DNA from: an uncultured Butyrivibrio sp.
GTDB lineage: Bacteria > Bacillota > Clostridia > Lachnospirales > Lachnospiraceae
NCBI GenBank assembly: GCA_964388815.1
Contig: CAYMBY010000042.1
Location: 7 to 64,006 of the forward strand
DNA length: 64,000 nt
Direction of reading: 5' to 3'
Shown one piece after another: positions 1-10,563 of the stretch. Below the pieces are notes generated by a model, which worked only from the letters and a program-made list of their open reading frames with translations, was not told the DNA's origin and ran no database searches. A program made the position numbers and the translations under genes. How positions within the stretch are numbered: position 1 is the first letter of the stretch; each line of letters opens with the position of its first letter.

Positions 1-216
1 ACCACCCGTATATGTCCTCTTTTGTCATCATATATGTTCATTTCTTATTCAAATAAGGTTCAAATAAGGTTTATGTGAAGATATCTTTTTAATTCAGAAG
101 TTCTATGATATTATTAGATTGAGGTGCAGAGGCACTTCAATCTAAGGAAGCTCGCTTCGCGCGTTTCCCTGGCATATACATATATACATGGCAACCTCTG
201 AATTAAAAAGAAAGGT

Positions 217-609
217 ATGGTTGAATTTATGGATTTTTCTGAAATTGCACAGAAAATGAATCAGAGAATTGAAGATGGTGAGGAAATTACGGTTGATCTG
301 GATCTTGATGACGGAAGAACTGTTACCTGTGCCACAATGATTATTCTGACTGTTGATGCAATTGATTATATTGTACTGCTTCCGCTTGACGAAAGCGGTC
401 AGAATTCCAGTGGTGAGGTATGGTTTTACCGTTACACGACCGGTAATGGTGAAGAGCCTGAGCTTGGTTACATCAGTAAGGATGAAGAATACGAAAAGGT
501 ATCCGAAGCGTTTGACGAATATCTCGATGAAGCTGAATTTGATGAGCTCATTGATGATGATTCTGAAGACGATGCCGGAGAAGATGATTCCGAGGATGAT
601 AAAAAGTAA
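217..609 (+). CDS. DUF1292-family small acidic protein
   Basis: 130 aa, very acidic; 'DYIVLLP...YEKVSEAF' pattern typical of DUF1292; RBS AAAGG upstream. Confidence 0.75.
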   Translation: MVEFMDFSEIAQKMNQRIEDGEEITVDLDLDDGRTVTCATMIILTVDAIDYIVLLPLDESGQNSSGEVWFYRYTTGNGEEPELGYISKDEEYEKVSEAFDEYLDEAEFDELIDDDSEDDAGEDDSEDDKK

Positions 610-614
610 GTCAT

Positions 615-2489
615 TCAGCTGCGCTGTTTCAGACAGCGAATGAGTCTTGAAGGCATCATCGGGTTTTCACCGGTTCCCGTAATATACGACATGCAGAGCG
701 CCTGTTTTGCCCTTGTCATTCCGACATAGAGCATCCGGCGCTCTTCTTCGATCTGTGTATCTGTAACGGACTTGCGGTTCGGGATAATGCCTTCATTTAA
801 ATCCGGCAGATAAACCGTATCAAATTCCAGTCCCTTGGCGGCATGGAGCGTCATCAGATGTACACCGGTTTTCTTTGGACGATCCTGTATGTTATCTGCA
901 AAATTTTCTTTTGCTTCTTCAATGGCCCGCAGAAATGACCTGCTGTCCATATAATCTCCTGCTTTTTTCTGAAACTGATCCATTTTTTCCTTCAGTTCTG
1001 TTCTTGCCGCTCCCTTTTGCTGCTGCATGACAAAGGCTTCGTAGCCGGTCTCAAAACGGATATACCGGATTGCCAGAGATGGTCGCAGATGCTGCAGCAT
1101 TTCGAAATCACGGAACATTTTCCGGATGGTATGCTGCATGGACGGCTGTGCATGATAATACCGCAGCATGTCATTCTGCAATACCCTTTCCGCCGGAATG
1201 CTTTCTCTCCGGATATAGCGTACGGGCTTATTCATGATCCGGAACAGATACTGACGTTTCGGTGCTTCACACGCAAATTTCAGATACATCAGAAGGTCCT
1301 CGATCACCGGATCTTCATATGGTGATTTCAACTGTTCTCTGCTCTGAAACGGAAGCCCTGCCTCTGCAAGCATTTCCGCTGCCGCAGCAGCTTCCGCATT
1401 GGTACGGAACAGAATCGCGCTGCCGCTCTGCGCCTCCGGTGCCGCTTTCAGATGCCGGATAATATCCGTATATTCCAACTGTCTTGACGGATAGGATGTC
1501 AGCGCAAACGCTCCGCTTTGCTGCGTCTCTCCTGCCACCATTTCCTTCTGAAAACGTATTTTATTTTCTGCAATTACCGCTGCCGATACCTGCAGAATCT
1601 CAGGACAGCTCCGATAGTTGATTCCCAGGAAAACAGATTTTGCATCCGGATAAAAACTGCGGAAGTTCAGCATGATATCAGGTCTCGAACCGCGGAAGCC
1701 ATAAATTGACTGATCGTCATCACCTACAATAAACAGATTGTTATGCGGTGCCGCAAGAAGCTGAATAATCTGAAACTGCAGCAGATTAATATCCTGATAC
1801 TCATCAATCAGGATATAGCGAAAGACGCTCCTCCATTTCTCCAGCAGCGCAGGGTTGCGTTTCAGAAGGCTCAGACAGTCGGTCATCATATCATCAAAAT
1901 CAATTTTTCCAAGTTCCTTCATCATCTTCTGATAGGCTGGAAAAATCTGTTCGAAATATTTTTTCATCGGATGCGTTTCATCGCACTGGGCCGGCGTTCT
2001 GCCGTCATTTTTGATCCTGCTGATTTCAGAAAGGATCTCCCTGATGACATCCGCGGAAGCGTTCAGATTTTCTGCATCTTCTGTTTTTCCCGCATACTGA
2101 TAATTCTGTGCCAGTTCCTTCAGAATATGCTGCAGGATATGATATTTTTCTTTTTCTGTGATCAGTTCCAGGCGAGTGCCGGATAAAGATAATCGGATGA
2201 TCTGATAAAAAACGGAGTGAAAGGTTCCAAAATGAACCTCGGGATAGTTCTGATCTGTCAGCTTCAGGAAACGGCTCTGCATTTCCAGTGCGGCAGCTTT
2301 GGTAAACGTAATGACCAGAATGGTCTGCGGATCAATGTGTGCAGATTCAATCAGGAATCTGATCCGCTGCACAATCACAAAGGTTTTCCCGCTTCCCGGC
2401 CCTGCAAGAACCATTGCAGGACCGTCTGTATGCGCAATTGCCGTGCGCTGTGCGGGATTCCCGGTGATCTGGGAAAAATTATTTTTCAA
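615..2489 (-). CDS. UvrD/PcrA-family SF1 ATP-dependent DNA helicase (short form)
   Basis: AGPGSGKT Walker [47 protein letters not shown] start overlaps the gltX stop. Confidence 0.92.
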   Translation of the reverse strand: MKNNFSQITGNPAQRTAIAHTDGPAMVLAGPGSGKTFVIVQRIRFLIESAHIDPQTILVITFTKAAALEMQSRFLKLTDQNYPEVHFGTFHSVFYQIIRLSLSGTRLELITEKEKYHILQHILKELAQNYQYAGKTEDAENLNASADVIREILSEISRIKNDGRTPAQCDETHPMKKYFEQIFPAYQKMMKELGKIDFDDMMTDCLSLLKRNPALLEKWRSVFRYILIDEYQDINLLQFQIIQLLAAPHNNLFIVGDDDQSIYGFRGSRPDIMLNFRSFYPDAKSVFLGINYRSCPEILQVSAAVIAENKIRFQKEMVAGETQQSGAFALTSYPSRQLEYTDIIRHLKAAPEAQSGSAILFRTNAEAAAAAEMLAEAGLPFQSREQLKSPYEDPVIEDLLMYLKFACEAPKRQYLFRIMNKPVRYIRRESIPAERVLQNDMLRYYHAQPSMQHTIRKMFRDFEMLQHLRPSLAIRYIRFETGYEAFVMQQQKGAARTELKEKMDQFQKKAGDYMDSRSFLRAIEEAKENFADNIQDRPKKTGVHLMTLHAAKGLEFDTVYLPDLNEGIIPNRKSVTDTQIEEERRMLYVGMTRAKQALCMSYITGTGENPMMPSRLIRCLKQRS

Positions 2490-3927
2490 GCTGTTCTATT
2501 CCTTTTCTGATACGGTCACAGGTTTCCTGTCTGCCGATGACTTCCATGATTTCCGTAGCACCGCAGGGCGTCATTTCCCTGCCGGATACTGCGATACGCA
2601 GCGGCCAGAGTACATAGCCGTTCTTGCAGCCCTTGCCGGCCACATATTCTTTCACTGCATTATAAAGCCCGTCATTGGAATAATCTGTCTGTGCTTCCAT
2701 CAGCGGCAGAAGCTCCTTTAATACCTCAAGGCTGGTGGTTTCATCCGTCTTCATCTTCTTGTTGCAGTAGATGCTGTTGTCATAAACAGGAAGTGTATCA
2801 AAAAAGCTGATCATATCCCGGATATCCGGCCAGATCTCAATACGTGTCTTGATCATGGCTGCAATCTTATGAAAATCAAAATCTCTGTGAACCGCTTCCT
2901 TCATAAAGGGAAGTGCCAGTTCATAGAATCTGTCATCTTCCATCTTCTTCAGGTATTCACCGTTCATCCAGCGCAGCTTGGTATAGTCAAATACTGCAGG
3001 GGACTTGTTGATTCTGTGATAATCAAACTGTTTTACAAGGTCCTCAAGACTGAGAATCTCATTATTGTCTTCCGGAGACCATCCGAGAAGTGCAACAAAA
3101 TTGACTACTGCTTCAGACAGGAATCCCTGCTCGATCAGATCCTCAAAGGAAGAATGACCGCTTCTCTTGGACAGCTTATGGTGCTCCTCATCTGTGATCA
3201 GCGGGCAGTGAATGTACTTCGGTACTTCCCAGCCGAATGCATCATAAAGACGATTGTATTTCGGTGATGAAGAAATATATTCATTACCGCGGACCACGTG
3301 TGTGATGCCCATCAGATGATCATCTACCACATTTGCAAAATTATAGGTCGGGAAACCGTCAGATTTGATCAGAATCATATCATCAAGTTCCTTGTTTTCA
3401 ACGGTAATATCTCCGTAAAGTTCATCATGGAAGGTTGTGGTGCCGGTCGTCGGATTATTCTGACGGATGACAAACGGCTTTCCCTCTGCAAGATTCTTTT
3501 CCACTTCTTCTTTGGACAGGCCAAGACAGTGTTTGTCGTAGATATTGATCTCCTTACCGTCCACTACCTGCGTCAGTGAAGAAAGACGCTCCGGGGTACA
3601 GAAGCAGTAATATGCCTCTCCCTTTGCCACCAGTTCTTTTGCATACTGCATGTAAATGCCGGACTGCTGACGCTCGCTCTGCACATAAGGGCCGACCGGT
3701 CCGCCGATATCGGGACCTTCATCGTGTACAAGTCCTGTATCCTTCAGTGTCTGGTATATGATTTCAACAGCACCTTCAACAAAACGCTCCTGATCGGTAT
3801 CTTCTATTCTGAGAATGAAATCTCCGCCTTCATGCTTGGCAATAAGATAAGCATAAAGTGCTGTTCTCAAATTTCCTACGTGCATACGTCCTGTGGGACT
3901 GGGTGCATAACGTGTTCTGATTTTCAT
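2479..3927 (-). CDS. gltX: glutamate--tRNA ligase
   Basis: [12 protein letters not shown] (HIGH), LRIEDTD, KLSKR (KMSKS); start set at MKIRTR after GAAAGG. Confidence 0.96.
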   Translation of the reverse strand: MKIRTRYAPSPTGRMHVGNLRTALYAYLIAKHEGGDFILRIEDTDQERFVEGAVEIIYQTLKDTGLVHDEGPDIGGPVGPYVQSERQQSGIYMQYAKELVAKGEAYYCFCTPERLSSLTQVVDGKEINIYDKHCLGLSKEEVEKNLAEGKPFVIRQNNPTTGTTTFHDELYGDITVENKELDDMILIKSDGFPTYNFANVVDDHLMGITHVVRGNEYISSSPKYNRLYDAFGWEVPKYIHCPLITDEEHHKLSKRSGHSSFEDLIEQGFLSEAVVNFVALLGWSPEDNNEILSLEDLVKQFDYHRINKSPAVFDYTKLRWMNGEYLKKMEDDRFYELALPFMKEAVHRDFDFHKIAAMIKTRIEIWPDIRDMISFFDTLPVYDNSIYCNKKMKTDETTSLEVLKELLPLMEAQTDYSNDGLYNAVKEYVAGKGCKNGYVLWPLRIAVSGREMTPCGATEIMEVIGRQETCDRIRKGIEQLEK

Positions 3928-4107
3928 GGATAATATTCCTGACCTTTCTATGGTAATTGCATGATTTTGCATGATGTACAAGCAGATTCAGACTAACATT
4001 ATATAGCATCTTTCGCAGAAAATAAAGTGACAGTTACCGATTTGCATATTTTGCATTTCAATAACTGCCACTTTACTGCTTTTATGAGAAAATGTTAAGT
4101 CTGTCCG

Positions 4108-4797
4108 TCAGTTGCCGGAGCTTGCCCCGGTGTCTGCAGCATCTGAAACGTCTGAAGCTGCGGACGCATCTGCAGATGCTGTTGTGGAAGCTGCTGCAGA
4201 GTCATCAGATCCTGCAATCGTGCTGTTTACAAGTCCGTCAGATGCTGAACTTGAAGAATCAGCGGAACTTTGTGCTGCAAGATCACTTGAAGACTTGTTA
4301 AATGCCGTATCGATCTCGCTTGCCACCAGATAAACCGTAGTGTCTTCTCCGATTCTGCAATAATATCTTGAAGCCGCTTCACTGTAGCTTCCGAGATTTA
4401 CAACCGTCTGCTTGCCATCGGAAGTGGTAACGGTAACCGTAATTGACGGTGTCTTCAGGCCATACTGATCGAAATCCGTTACCTTGTCGATCTTATTGTT
4501 GGCTGTGATTTTCTCTACATCCTCCAGCATTGTGGAGATGGTATCCTGATCCAGTTTCTGTGATTCATCAGAAGCCAGTACCCATGTGTCATCTTTCTTT
4601 ACCAGATCGATGTCGCCGTTTGTATTGGTAATCTTCATTTCCGTGATCGCAGATTTATCCAGTGTCAGGACTGTATAGGTATCTTTTGAAGCCTTATCAT
4701 CCTGTACCTTGTTATAGTGCTTCAATCCGAAATATCCGGCGGCAAAAACTGCCAGCAGTACAAGTATGATAATTAATTGCATTTTCTGTTTTTTCAT
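4108..4797 (-). CDS. DUF4340-domain membrane-anchored protein with Ser/Ala-rich tail
   Basis: N-terminal TM helix, 'QYGLKTP' motif, position after a Gld-like ABC permease. Confidence 0.7.
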   Translation of the reverse strand: MKKQKMQLIIILVLLAVFAAGYFGLKHYNKVQDDKASKDTYTVLTLDKSAITEMKITNTNGDIDLVKKDDTWVLASDESQKLDQDTISTMLEDVEKITANNKIDKVTDFDQYGLKTPSITVTVTTSDGKQTVVNLGSYSEAASRYYCRIGEDTTVYLVASEIDTAFNKSSSDLAAQSSADSSSSASDGLVNSTIAGSDDSAAASTTASADASAASDVSDAADTGASSGN

Positions 4798-4815
4798 TTC
4801 AGGTCACCTCTGCCA

Positions 4816-6990
4816 TTATTGCTTTTTACGAATACACCACGTCACGATACCGCTTACCAGGATCACCAGAACCAGTGCCATTCCGACACTCAGGATCAGT
4901 CTGGAGTTCTGAGCGGAAATGGTAAGGCTTGAAGTCACTGACTTGGACGGGATGGTTACCATCTTCACATCAAGATCAGCAAGGCTGTTCAATGTATTTC
5001 CGAACAGTTTCAGGTTGGTACCGTTAACTGCTGTATTTACGTCAGAAGTAAATGCATTTGCAGAAGTATAGATAATTGCCGTGGAAGTTCCGCTGGTCAG
5101 TGTCTTCTCCACTTTCAGCGCCACTGTATACTGACCGGTCGGATCATCCGATGTCTGGTCAACACCCTGTGTATAGTCTTTCTTCAGATATGCCTTTGCA
5201 GAAGACTGAAGCAGAGGTGTATAGGTATAGCCGGTTGCCTTGTCATCATAGGTCAGTGCCTGTGCAAACGGATACAGAACATGTCCGCCGGCTGTGTCAC
5301 TGATACCGGAAGTAATGTCATCGCTTCCAAGTGAAGGATACAGATACAGTCCAGGGTACTGCTGTGTTGCAAGGTGCATATCCTGCTCTGTTTCCACAAC
5401 AAGTCCTGTATCTTCCGTTACACCGTAATATGACAGGATGGTATCAAAGTTCGTCATGGTCGCCTGTGTATTGAAAATGGTATTGATCAGAACCTTGCCG
5501 CCCTTATCCAGATAATCGGTTACTTTTTTGGCATCATCTGCAGTAAAATCTACTGTCGGCTGATTGATGATCAGAAGGTCACAGTCATCCGGAACTGCAG
5601 TGTTGGTGCTCAGGTCTAGTGAATCTGAAGACAGGTTGTACTTGGACAGAATTGCGCTGAAGCTTTCATCCAGAGATGCTTCGTTATGTCCGGTTACTGT
5701 GTATGCCTTTAAGAGTTCATCAGAATTCAGTGTGACATACTGCAGTGCACTTGTAATCTGACCTTCAATATCAAAGGCGGAAACGGTGCTCTGATAGGTT
5801 GAATAATCTACTGTGGATACAATCATATCGGAATATGCAATATATTTATATCTGTTGTTCGTCGTATCCGTCACAATTACGCTGAAGGACGGATCACTTG
5901 AACTGCTGGAGGATGAGGAAGACGTATCCTGATATTTGGTTGCAAACTGAGGATTGACCGTCGGATCCACATATTCCAGTTTGATCTTGCTGTTCTGTGC
6001 GCAGTAAAGATTCAGTGCCTTGATAATTGCAGTTGCATCCTGATAATTACTGTAATCAGAATCCTTCTGTGCCATCAGGTAGATGGTAATATCATCGGTG
6101 ATTCCTGCTGCAACATCCCTGGATTCCTTGCTGATGGAATAGATTCCGCTGGAAGTCACATCAATTTTACGATAGCTTTCCGGAATCTGTGCGGAAATCA
6201 GGTTTGCAAATACAACCACACCGATCATGACAATGATCATAACGCCGCTGTATGCGCCGACACTGAAGTTCTTTCTGGAAAATGCATATCTTCTCTTCTG
6301 AATGACCTGTACACACAGGAACAGGAAAAGTGCTGCAACACTGACAAAATAAATGACAGATGTGATATCAAAGGTACCACTGGCAACATTGGAAAGTCTT
6401 GTTCTGAAATCGTAGGTATTCTTGAAGAATGCCTTGATATAGGAATTGGAGATATTGTCATAAAGAGAACTCAGCCAGTAGCCGATCAGGATGACAACGA
6501 TGGAAATAACAACACTGATGATCTGGCTCTCTGTAATTGCAGAGATGAACATGCAGATTGCAATGACCATTGCGCCATACAGGAAGAAGCCGAGGATTGC
6601 CGAATAGGATGACAGTAAGGAAACATCACCGAAAAACGACATCAGGACCGGCAGTACACAGGAAAATGCGCAGGGAATTGCAAAAATAGCAAGCAGTGCC
6701 AGGAACTTACCCATGACAATCTGTCCTACGGTTACGGGAGCGGTCAGGATCAGCTGATCTGTCTTGTTATGACGTTCTTCGGAAAAAGAACGCATGCACA
6801 GGATCGGCAGACCAAGTGTAATGGCAAAAAGTGCAGCTCCTGTAATGGTGTAGGTCATGGATGCGGACATACTTGCAACGTTATCAACCATAAAGAACAG
6901 GAACAGCATTAATGTGATATAGGAAACAACGAGCTGTCCGATGACTGTATGGAAGTATGATTTAAACTCTCTTTTGAATATTGCGATCAT
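4816..6990 (-). CDS. ABC-2 permease (GldF-like) fused to GldG-like extracytoplasmic domain
   Basis: MIAIFKREFKSYF, 'MRSFSEERHNKTDQLILTAP', then 'DVTSSGIYSIS', 'YVDPTVNP', 'GHNE' and a C-terminal TM. Confidence 0.8.
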   Translation of the reverse strand: MIAIFKREFKSYFHTVIGQLVVSYITLMLFLFFMVDNVASMSASMTYTITGAALFAITLGLPILCMRSFSEERHNKTDQLILTAPVTVGQIVMGKFLALLAIFAIPCAFSCVLPVLMSFFGDVSLLSSYSAILGFFLYGAMVIAICMFISAITESQIISVVISIVVILIGYWLSSLYDNISNSYIKAFFKNTYDFRTRLSNVASGTFDITSVIYFVSVAALFLFLCVQVIQKRRYAFSRKNFSVGAYSGVMIIVMIGVVVFANLISAQIPESYRKIDVTSSGIYSISKESRDVAAGITDDITIYLMAQKDSDYSNYQDATAIIKALNLYCAQNSKIKLEYVDPTVNPQFATKYQDTSSSSSSSSSDPSFSVIVTDTTNNRYKYIAYSDMIVSTVDYSTYQSTVSAFDIEGQITSALQYVTLNSDELLKAYTVTGHNEASLDESFSAILSKYNLSSDSLDLSTNTAVPDDCDLLIINQPTVDFTADDAKKVTDYLDKGGKVLINTIFNTQATMTNFDTILSYYGVTEDTGLVVETEQDMHLATQQYPGLYLYPSLGSDDITSGISDTAGGHVLYPFAQALTYDDKATGYTYTPLLQSSAKAYLKKDYTQGVDQTSDDPTGQYTVALKVEKTLTSGTSTAIIYTSANAFTSDVNTAVNGTNLKLFGNTLNSLADLDVKMVTIPSKSVTSSLTISAQNSRLILSVGMALVLVILVSGIVTWCIRKKQ

Positions 6991-8106
6991 TTATTTCTCC
7001 TCCTCACTGCCGGACTTCTGCTCTGCTGCGGAATCGTCTGACTGCGGTGCTTCTGAAGTTGTACCTGCAGCATCCGGTGTCACTTCATGCTGATATTCAG
7101 CATCCTGCTGTAACGCTGCCTGTGCTGCATCTGCAGCTTTCTTCTTCTTTTTCTTATCTACTGTGCCGGGAGTTTCTGTTGTCACTTCAAGGAACACATC
7201 CTCAAGGGATTTCTCTTCCTTGACCATAGACAGAACCGGAAGTCCTGCAACAGCAAGCGATTTGGCAATATCCGCACGGATATCGTCAGCGCTGTCGGTT
7301 TCGATCGTAACAGCAAGTGCACCGTCGGCATCTGCCTTCTCACCGATCTCAATTGTCTTCACATGATCAATTCCTGCAACTGCGCCGCGAATTGCAGCTT
7401 CATCACCCAGAATTGACATTCTGATCGTAACCGTCTTGGAAACCTGCATTTCCAGTTCGGAAGGAGCACCGTTTGCTACCATTTTGCCATGAGAAATGAT
7501 CATGACCTGGTCGCAGACTTCACTGACCTCTGCCAGAATATGAGAGCTTAAGATTACAATATGGTCATCACGAAGGGAACGGATCAGAGAACGGATCTCC
7601 ATGATCTGCTGCGGATCAAGACCGACAGTAGGTTCATCCAGAATAATCACTTCCGGGAAACCGATCAGTGCCTGCGCAAGGCCGACTCTCTGGCGATATC
7701 CTTTGGAAAGATTACGGATCATACGCTGACCGTAATCACCCAGCATCGTCATTTTCAGGATCTTTGCAATCTGGTCACGTCTGTCCTTTTTCGGAACTTT
7801 TTTCAGCTCTGCAACGAACTGCAGATATTCCATAACGGTCATATCTGTATAAAGCGGCGGCATTTCAGGCAGATATCCGATACATGCCTTTGCCTGCTCC
7901 GGCTGACGGAGTATATCAAAATTGTTGATTTTCACAGTTCCGCTGGTGGCAGCAATGTAACCTGTCATAATGTTCATTGTTGTTGACTTGCCGGCACCAT
8001 TCGGTCCCAGAAATCCATAGATTTTGCCTTTTTCCAGCTTGAATGAAAGATGGTCTACAGCGACGCGGTCGCCATATGTTTTCACAATGTTTTCAACCTC
8101 AATCAA
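6991..8106 (-). CDS. ABC transporter ATP-binding protein (GldA-like)
   Basis: GPNGAGKST, LSKGYRQR signature, ILDEPT; TTG start at 8106 after GGAGG. Confidence 0.9.
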   Translation of the reverse strand: MIEVENIVKTYGDRVAVDHLSFKLEKGKIYGFLGPNGAGKSTTMNIMTGYIAATSGTVKINNFDILRQPEQAKACIGYLPEMPPLYTDMTVMEYLQFVAELKKVPKKDRRDQIAKILKMTMLGDYGQRMIRNLSKGYRQRVGLAQALIGFPEVIILDEPTVGLDPQQIMEIRSLIRSLRDDHIVILSSHILAEVSEVCDQVMIISHGKMVANGAPSELEMQVSKTVTIRMSILGDEAAIRGAVAGIDHVKTIEIGEKADADGALAVTIETDSADDIRADIAKSLAVAGLPVLSMVKEEKSLEDVFLEVTTETPGTVDKKKKKKAADAAQAALQQDAEYQHEVTPDAAGTTSEAPQSDDSAAEQKSGSEEEK

Positions 8107-8237
8107 AGCTTTTACCTCCTGATTTTTTATCATTTGTACACAGTTATGTAGTATACTCCTTTCACAAATTTATTTGTGATAATTTGTACAAAAAATTGTG
8201 AAAATTCTGTGTCGCCCTGTATAATTAATGCAGATAT

Positions 8238-8270
8238 AAAGACACCGGATGCGTTCAGCACCCGGTGTCC
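8238..8270 (-). terminator. intrinsic terminator after the GGDEF gene
   Basis: GACACCGG-N-CCGGTGTC stem followed by TTTAT on the minus strand. Confidence 0.6.
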
Positions 8271-8302
8271 TGCAAGAGCTGCCATTGCACCTCTGTTTAT
8301 TA

Positions 8303-10042
8303 TTATCTTGCCTTCGGTCCTTCTACCCTGATCTTCATTTCATACATTTTACTGTCGGCCAGCTTATAAAGCTGAAAAGCGGTCATTTCCGGGTGATCGG
8401 CGCTGTAGGCAGTGCCGTAGGAGCTGCTGAACTGCAGCCGTTCATCTTTCCTGCTTTCCTTGGCAAGAAGCGCTTCCATTGCCAGAAGTCTCTGGTTGAT
8501 GGTGTCTTTTCCCTGTGCAGAGACCATGACGATAAATTCATCACCGCCCATCCGGCCTACGGTTCCGATATTGCCGAAACACTTATCGAGAATCGTGGCA
8601 AAACCGCTGATCAGCTTATCTCCCATGCTGTGTCCATAGGTATCATTGACCTGTTTGAGATGATTCAGATCAAAACTGATAATGGCATAGGGTTTACTGC
8701 CATCTTCAAGGATTTTCATGTCTCTTTCACATTTGGTCCGGTTGCTGATCTGCGTCAGCTTGTCTACATAGGCGATATTCAGAAGCTGCTCCTTCTCCTT
8801 CTGCTGTACCATATTGTCCATGATGAAATAGAAATAATTCATCAGCAGTGAAACTACAAAGAACACCGCACCAAGCGGCAGGAACAGGATTGAATTCTGC
8901 TGCATGAAATGAAAACAGAGATATTTCTGCAGATTGTAATTGATCAGATCCGCCGCGCCGCAGAGCATGAATACAATGAGCCCTGTCAGCAGCACTTTCT
9001 CCTGGAACCGTTTCAGATGTTCCCTGCGTTTCAGATTTCCCGCAATCATGACAAAGCTGAACAGAACCTCAACAAGTGCCAGAATATGGAAAAAGATCAG
9101 GAAGTTATTCAGATGAATCGACAGCACTGTATGACAGAACAAAACGGCGACTACAAATCCGATGTCAATAAAGGAAAGGATCAGAAAGGTTTTTTTACGT
9201 CGTCCCGAGTAAATCAGTGCAAAAAACAGCATCGTCCATACCGGAATCAGATAAAGCGAGATAAACTCCATCATGGAATTATAGGTTGCGTTACTGGATA
9301 TGATCTCCACATAATTGTAAAAACAGAGCACCCATATGCCGACATCCAGTGAAAAAGCACCGCTGAGCATCAGCCGCAGGAACTGCCTGTTCATCAGTAT
9401 GGTCATACAGGAAATCAGTATGGCAATCAGCCCGAATACCACAAGGAAAATCCCGCTGAAGGTTCCGGTCAGATTGCTGCCCATGATGTAACGGATAAAA
9501 TCACTTTCGTTTCCGATTACCGGAACAGTAAAAGAAGAAACCGCCATGGGTTCGGTAAGTGTCAGCACAATCGTCAGTGTCTGTCCGGAATCTGCTTCCG
9601 AAAGCGGAATGAAATGATCACAGTCTCCGATATAGGTTTTTGAATTCAAAGCATCGGTCTGATAGGTATAGATTGTATCTGCGCCTGACCTGACCTCCAG
9701 TTCCGAATAATAGGAATGAAGCCACAGTGATTTTGAACCTGAAAATTCAGGAAGCACGTTACTGAGGGTAATGACAGTCCCCTTGGGGAGAACCCCGGTA
9801 CCGAGTCTGGGAAGCGTAACATCGTCATATTCTTTTCCGTTGCAGGTAACGTTCCAGTGTGCTGACAGAAAAGTCAGTTCCTGTCTGCCTTTTACCAGCT
9901 GCGTATGAAGCGGCTGATAGATCGCGGCAAGAATCAGAACTGCAATTGATGTCAGACATAACGACAATACCAGTTTTGAAAAGGTCAGATGTCTTATCTT
10001 CGGAACTTCAGAATCATCACTTATCATTTCACTCTGCTTCAT
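8303..10042 (-). CDS. membrane diguanylate cyclase (extracellular domain + about 7 TM + GGDEF)
   Basis: DKLT..NR, FDLNHLKQVNDTYGHSMGD, RMGGDEF; multiple TM helices. Confidence 0.9.
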   Translation of the reverse strand: MKQSEMISDDSEVPKIRHLTFSKLVLSLCLTSIAVLILAAIYQPLHTQLVKGRQELTFLSAHWNVTCNGKEYDDVTLPRLGTGVLPKGTVITLSNVLPEFSGSKSLWLHSYYSELEVRSGADTIYTYQTDALNSKTYIGDCDHFIPLSEADSGQTLTIVLTLTEPMAVSSFTVPVIGNESDFIRYIMGSNLTGTFSGIFLVVFGLIAILISCMTILMNRQFLRLMLSGAFSLDVGIWVLCFYNYVEIISSNATYNSMMEFISLYLIPVWTMLFFALIYSGRRKKTFLILSFIDIGFVVAVLFCHTVLSIHLNNFLIFFHILALVEVLFSFVMIAGNLKRREHLKRFQEKVLLTGLIVFMLCGAADLINYNLQKYLCFHFMQQNSILFLPLGAVFFVVSLLMNYFYFIMDNMVQQKEKEQLLNIAYVDKLTQISNRTKCERDMKILEDGSKPYAIISFDLNHLKQVNDTYGHSMGDKLISGFATILDKCFGNIGTVGRMGGDEFIVMVSAQGKDTINQRLLAMEALLAKESRKDERLQFSSSYGTAYSADHPEMTAFQLYKLADSKMYEMKIRVEGPKAR

Positions 10043-10062
10043 GAAACTACCTCCCTGCCGTT

Positions 10063-10500
10063 TCAGGCTTTTCCGGTAGAACCAAAACCGCCCGCCCCGC
10101 GCTCGGTATCACCAAGCTCCTGCGCCGGATGGAATGTAACAGGAAGAAACGGCATGACAACCAGCTGGGCAATCCGTTCTCCCGGTGTGATCTCGCGTTC
10201 TGTCTCTGAATCATTATGAAGCGCAACCATTACAGGGCCGCGGTAATCCGCATCTATGACACCGACACAGTTGGCCGGTCTTAATGACTCTTTTGTTGCA
10301 AGTCCGCTTCTGGCAAAAATTGCTCCGAAATAACCTTCCGGAATCTCCATCGCAAGTCCCGTTGCAATTTTGGCAGTCATATGCGGCCCGATCTTTATGG
10401 CCTGCGGAATATCTGCGTACAGATCATACCCCGCCGCATACTCACTTCCTCTTGTCGGTAACTGTGCTGTTTCTGTCAGCAGTTTAACATTGATTTCCAT
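10063..10500 (-). CDS. dut: dUTP diphosphatase
   Basis: AGYDL, ARSGLA, GVIDADYRG, RIAQL, RGAGGFGSTG. Confidence 0.97.
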   Translation of the reverse strand: MEINVKLLTETAQLPTRGSEYAAGYDLYADIPQAIKIGPHMTAKIATGLAMEIPEGYFGAIFARSGLATKESLRPANCVGVIDADYRGPVMVALHNDSETEREITPGERIAQLVVMPFLPVTFHPAQELGDTERGAGGFGSTGKA

Positions 10501-10563
10501 GAAAAAATTCTCCTTCTGCGTTCATTTATGCAATTGTTCTGCATTCATTCTACCATGTCCGGC

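Noticed and set aside
4816..6990. Gliding motility capability
   Set aside because: Only the ABC-type Gld-like components are present; no motor or type IX secretion genes in the window.
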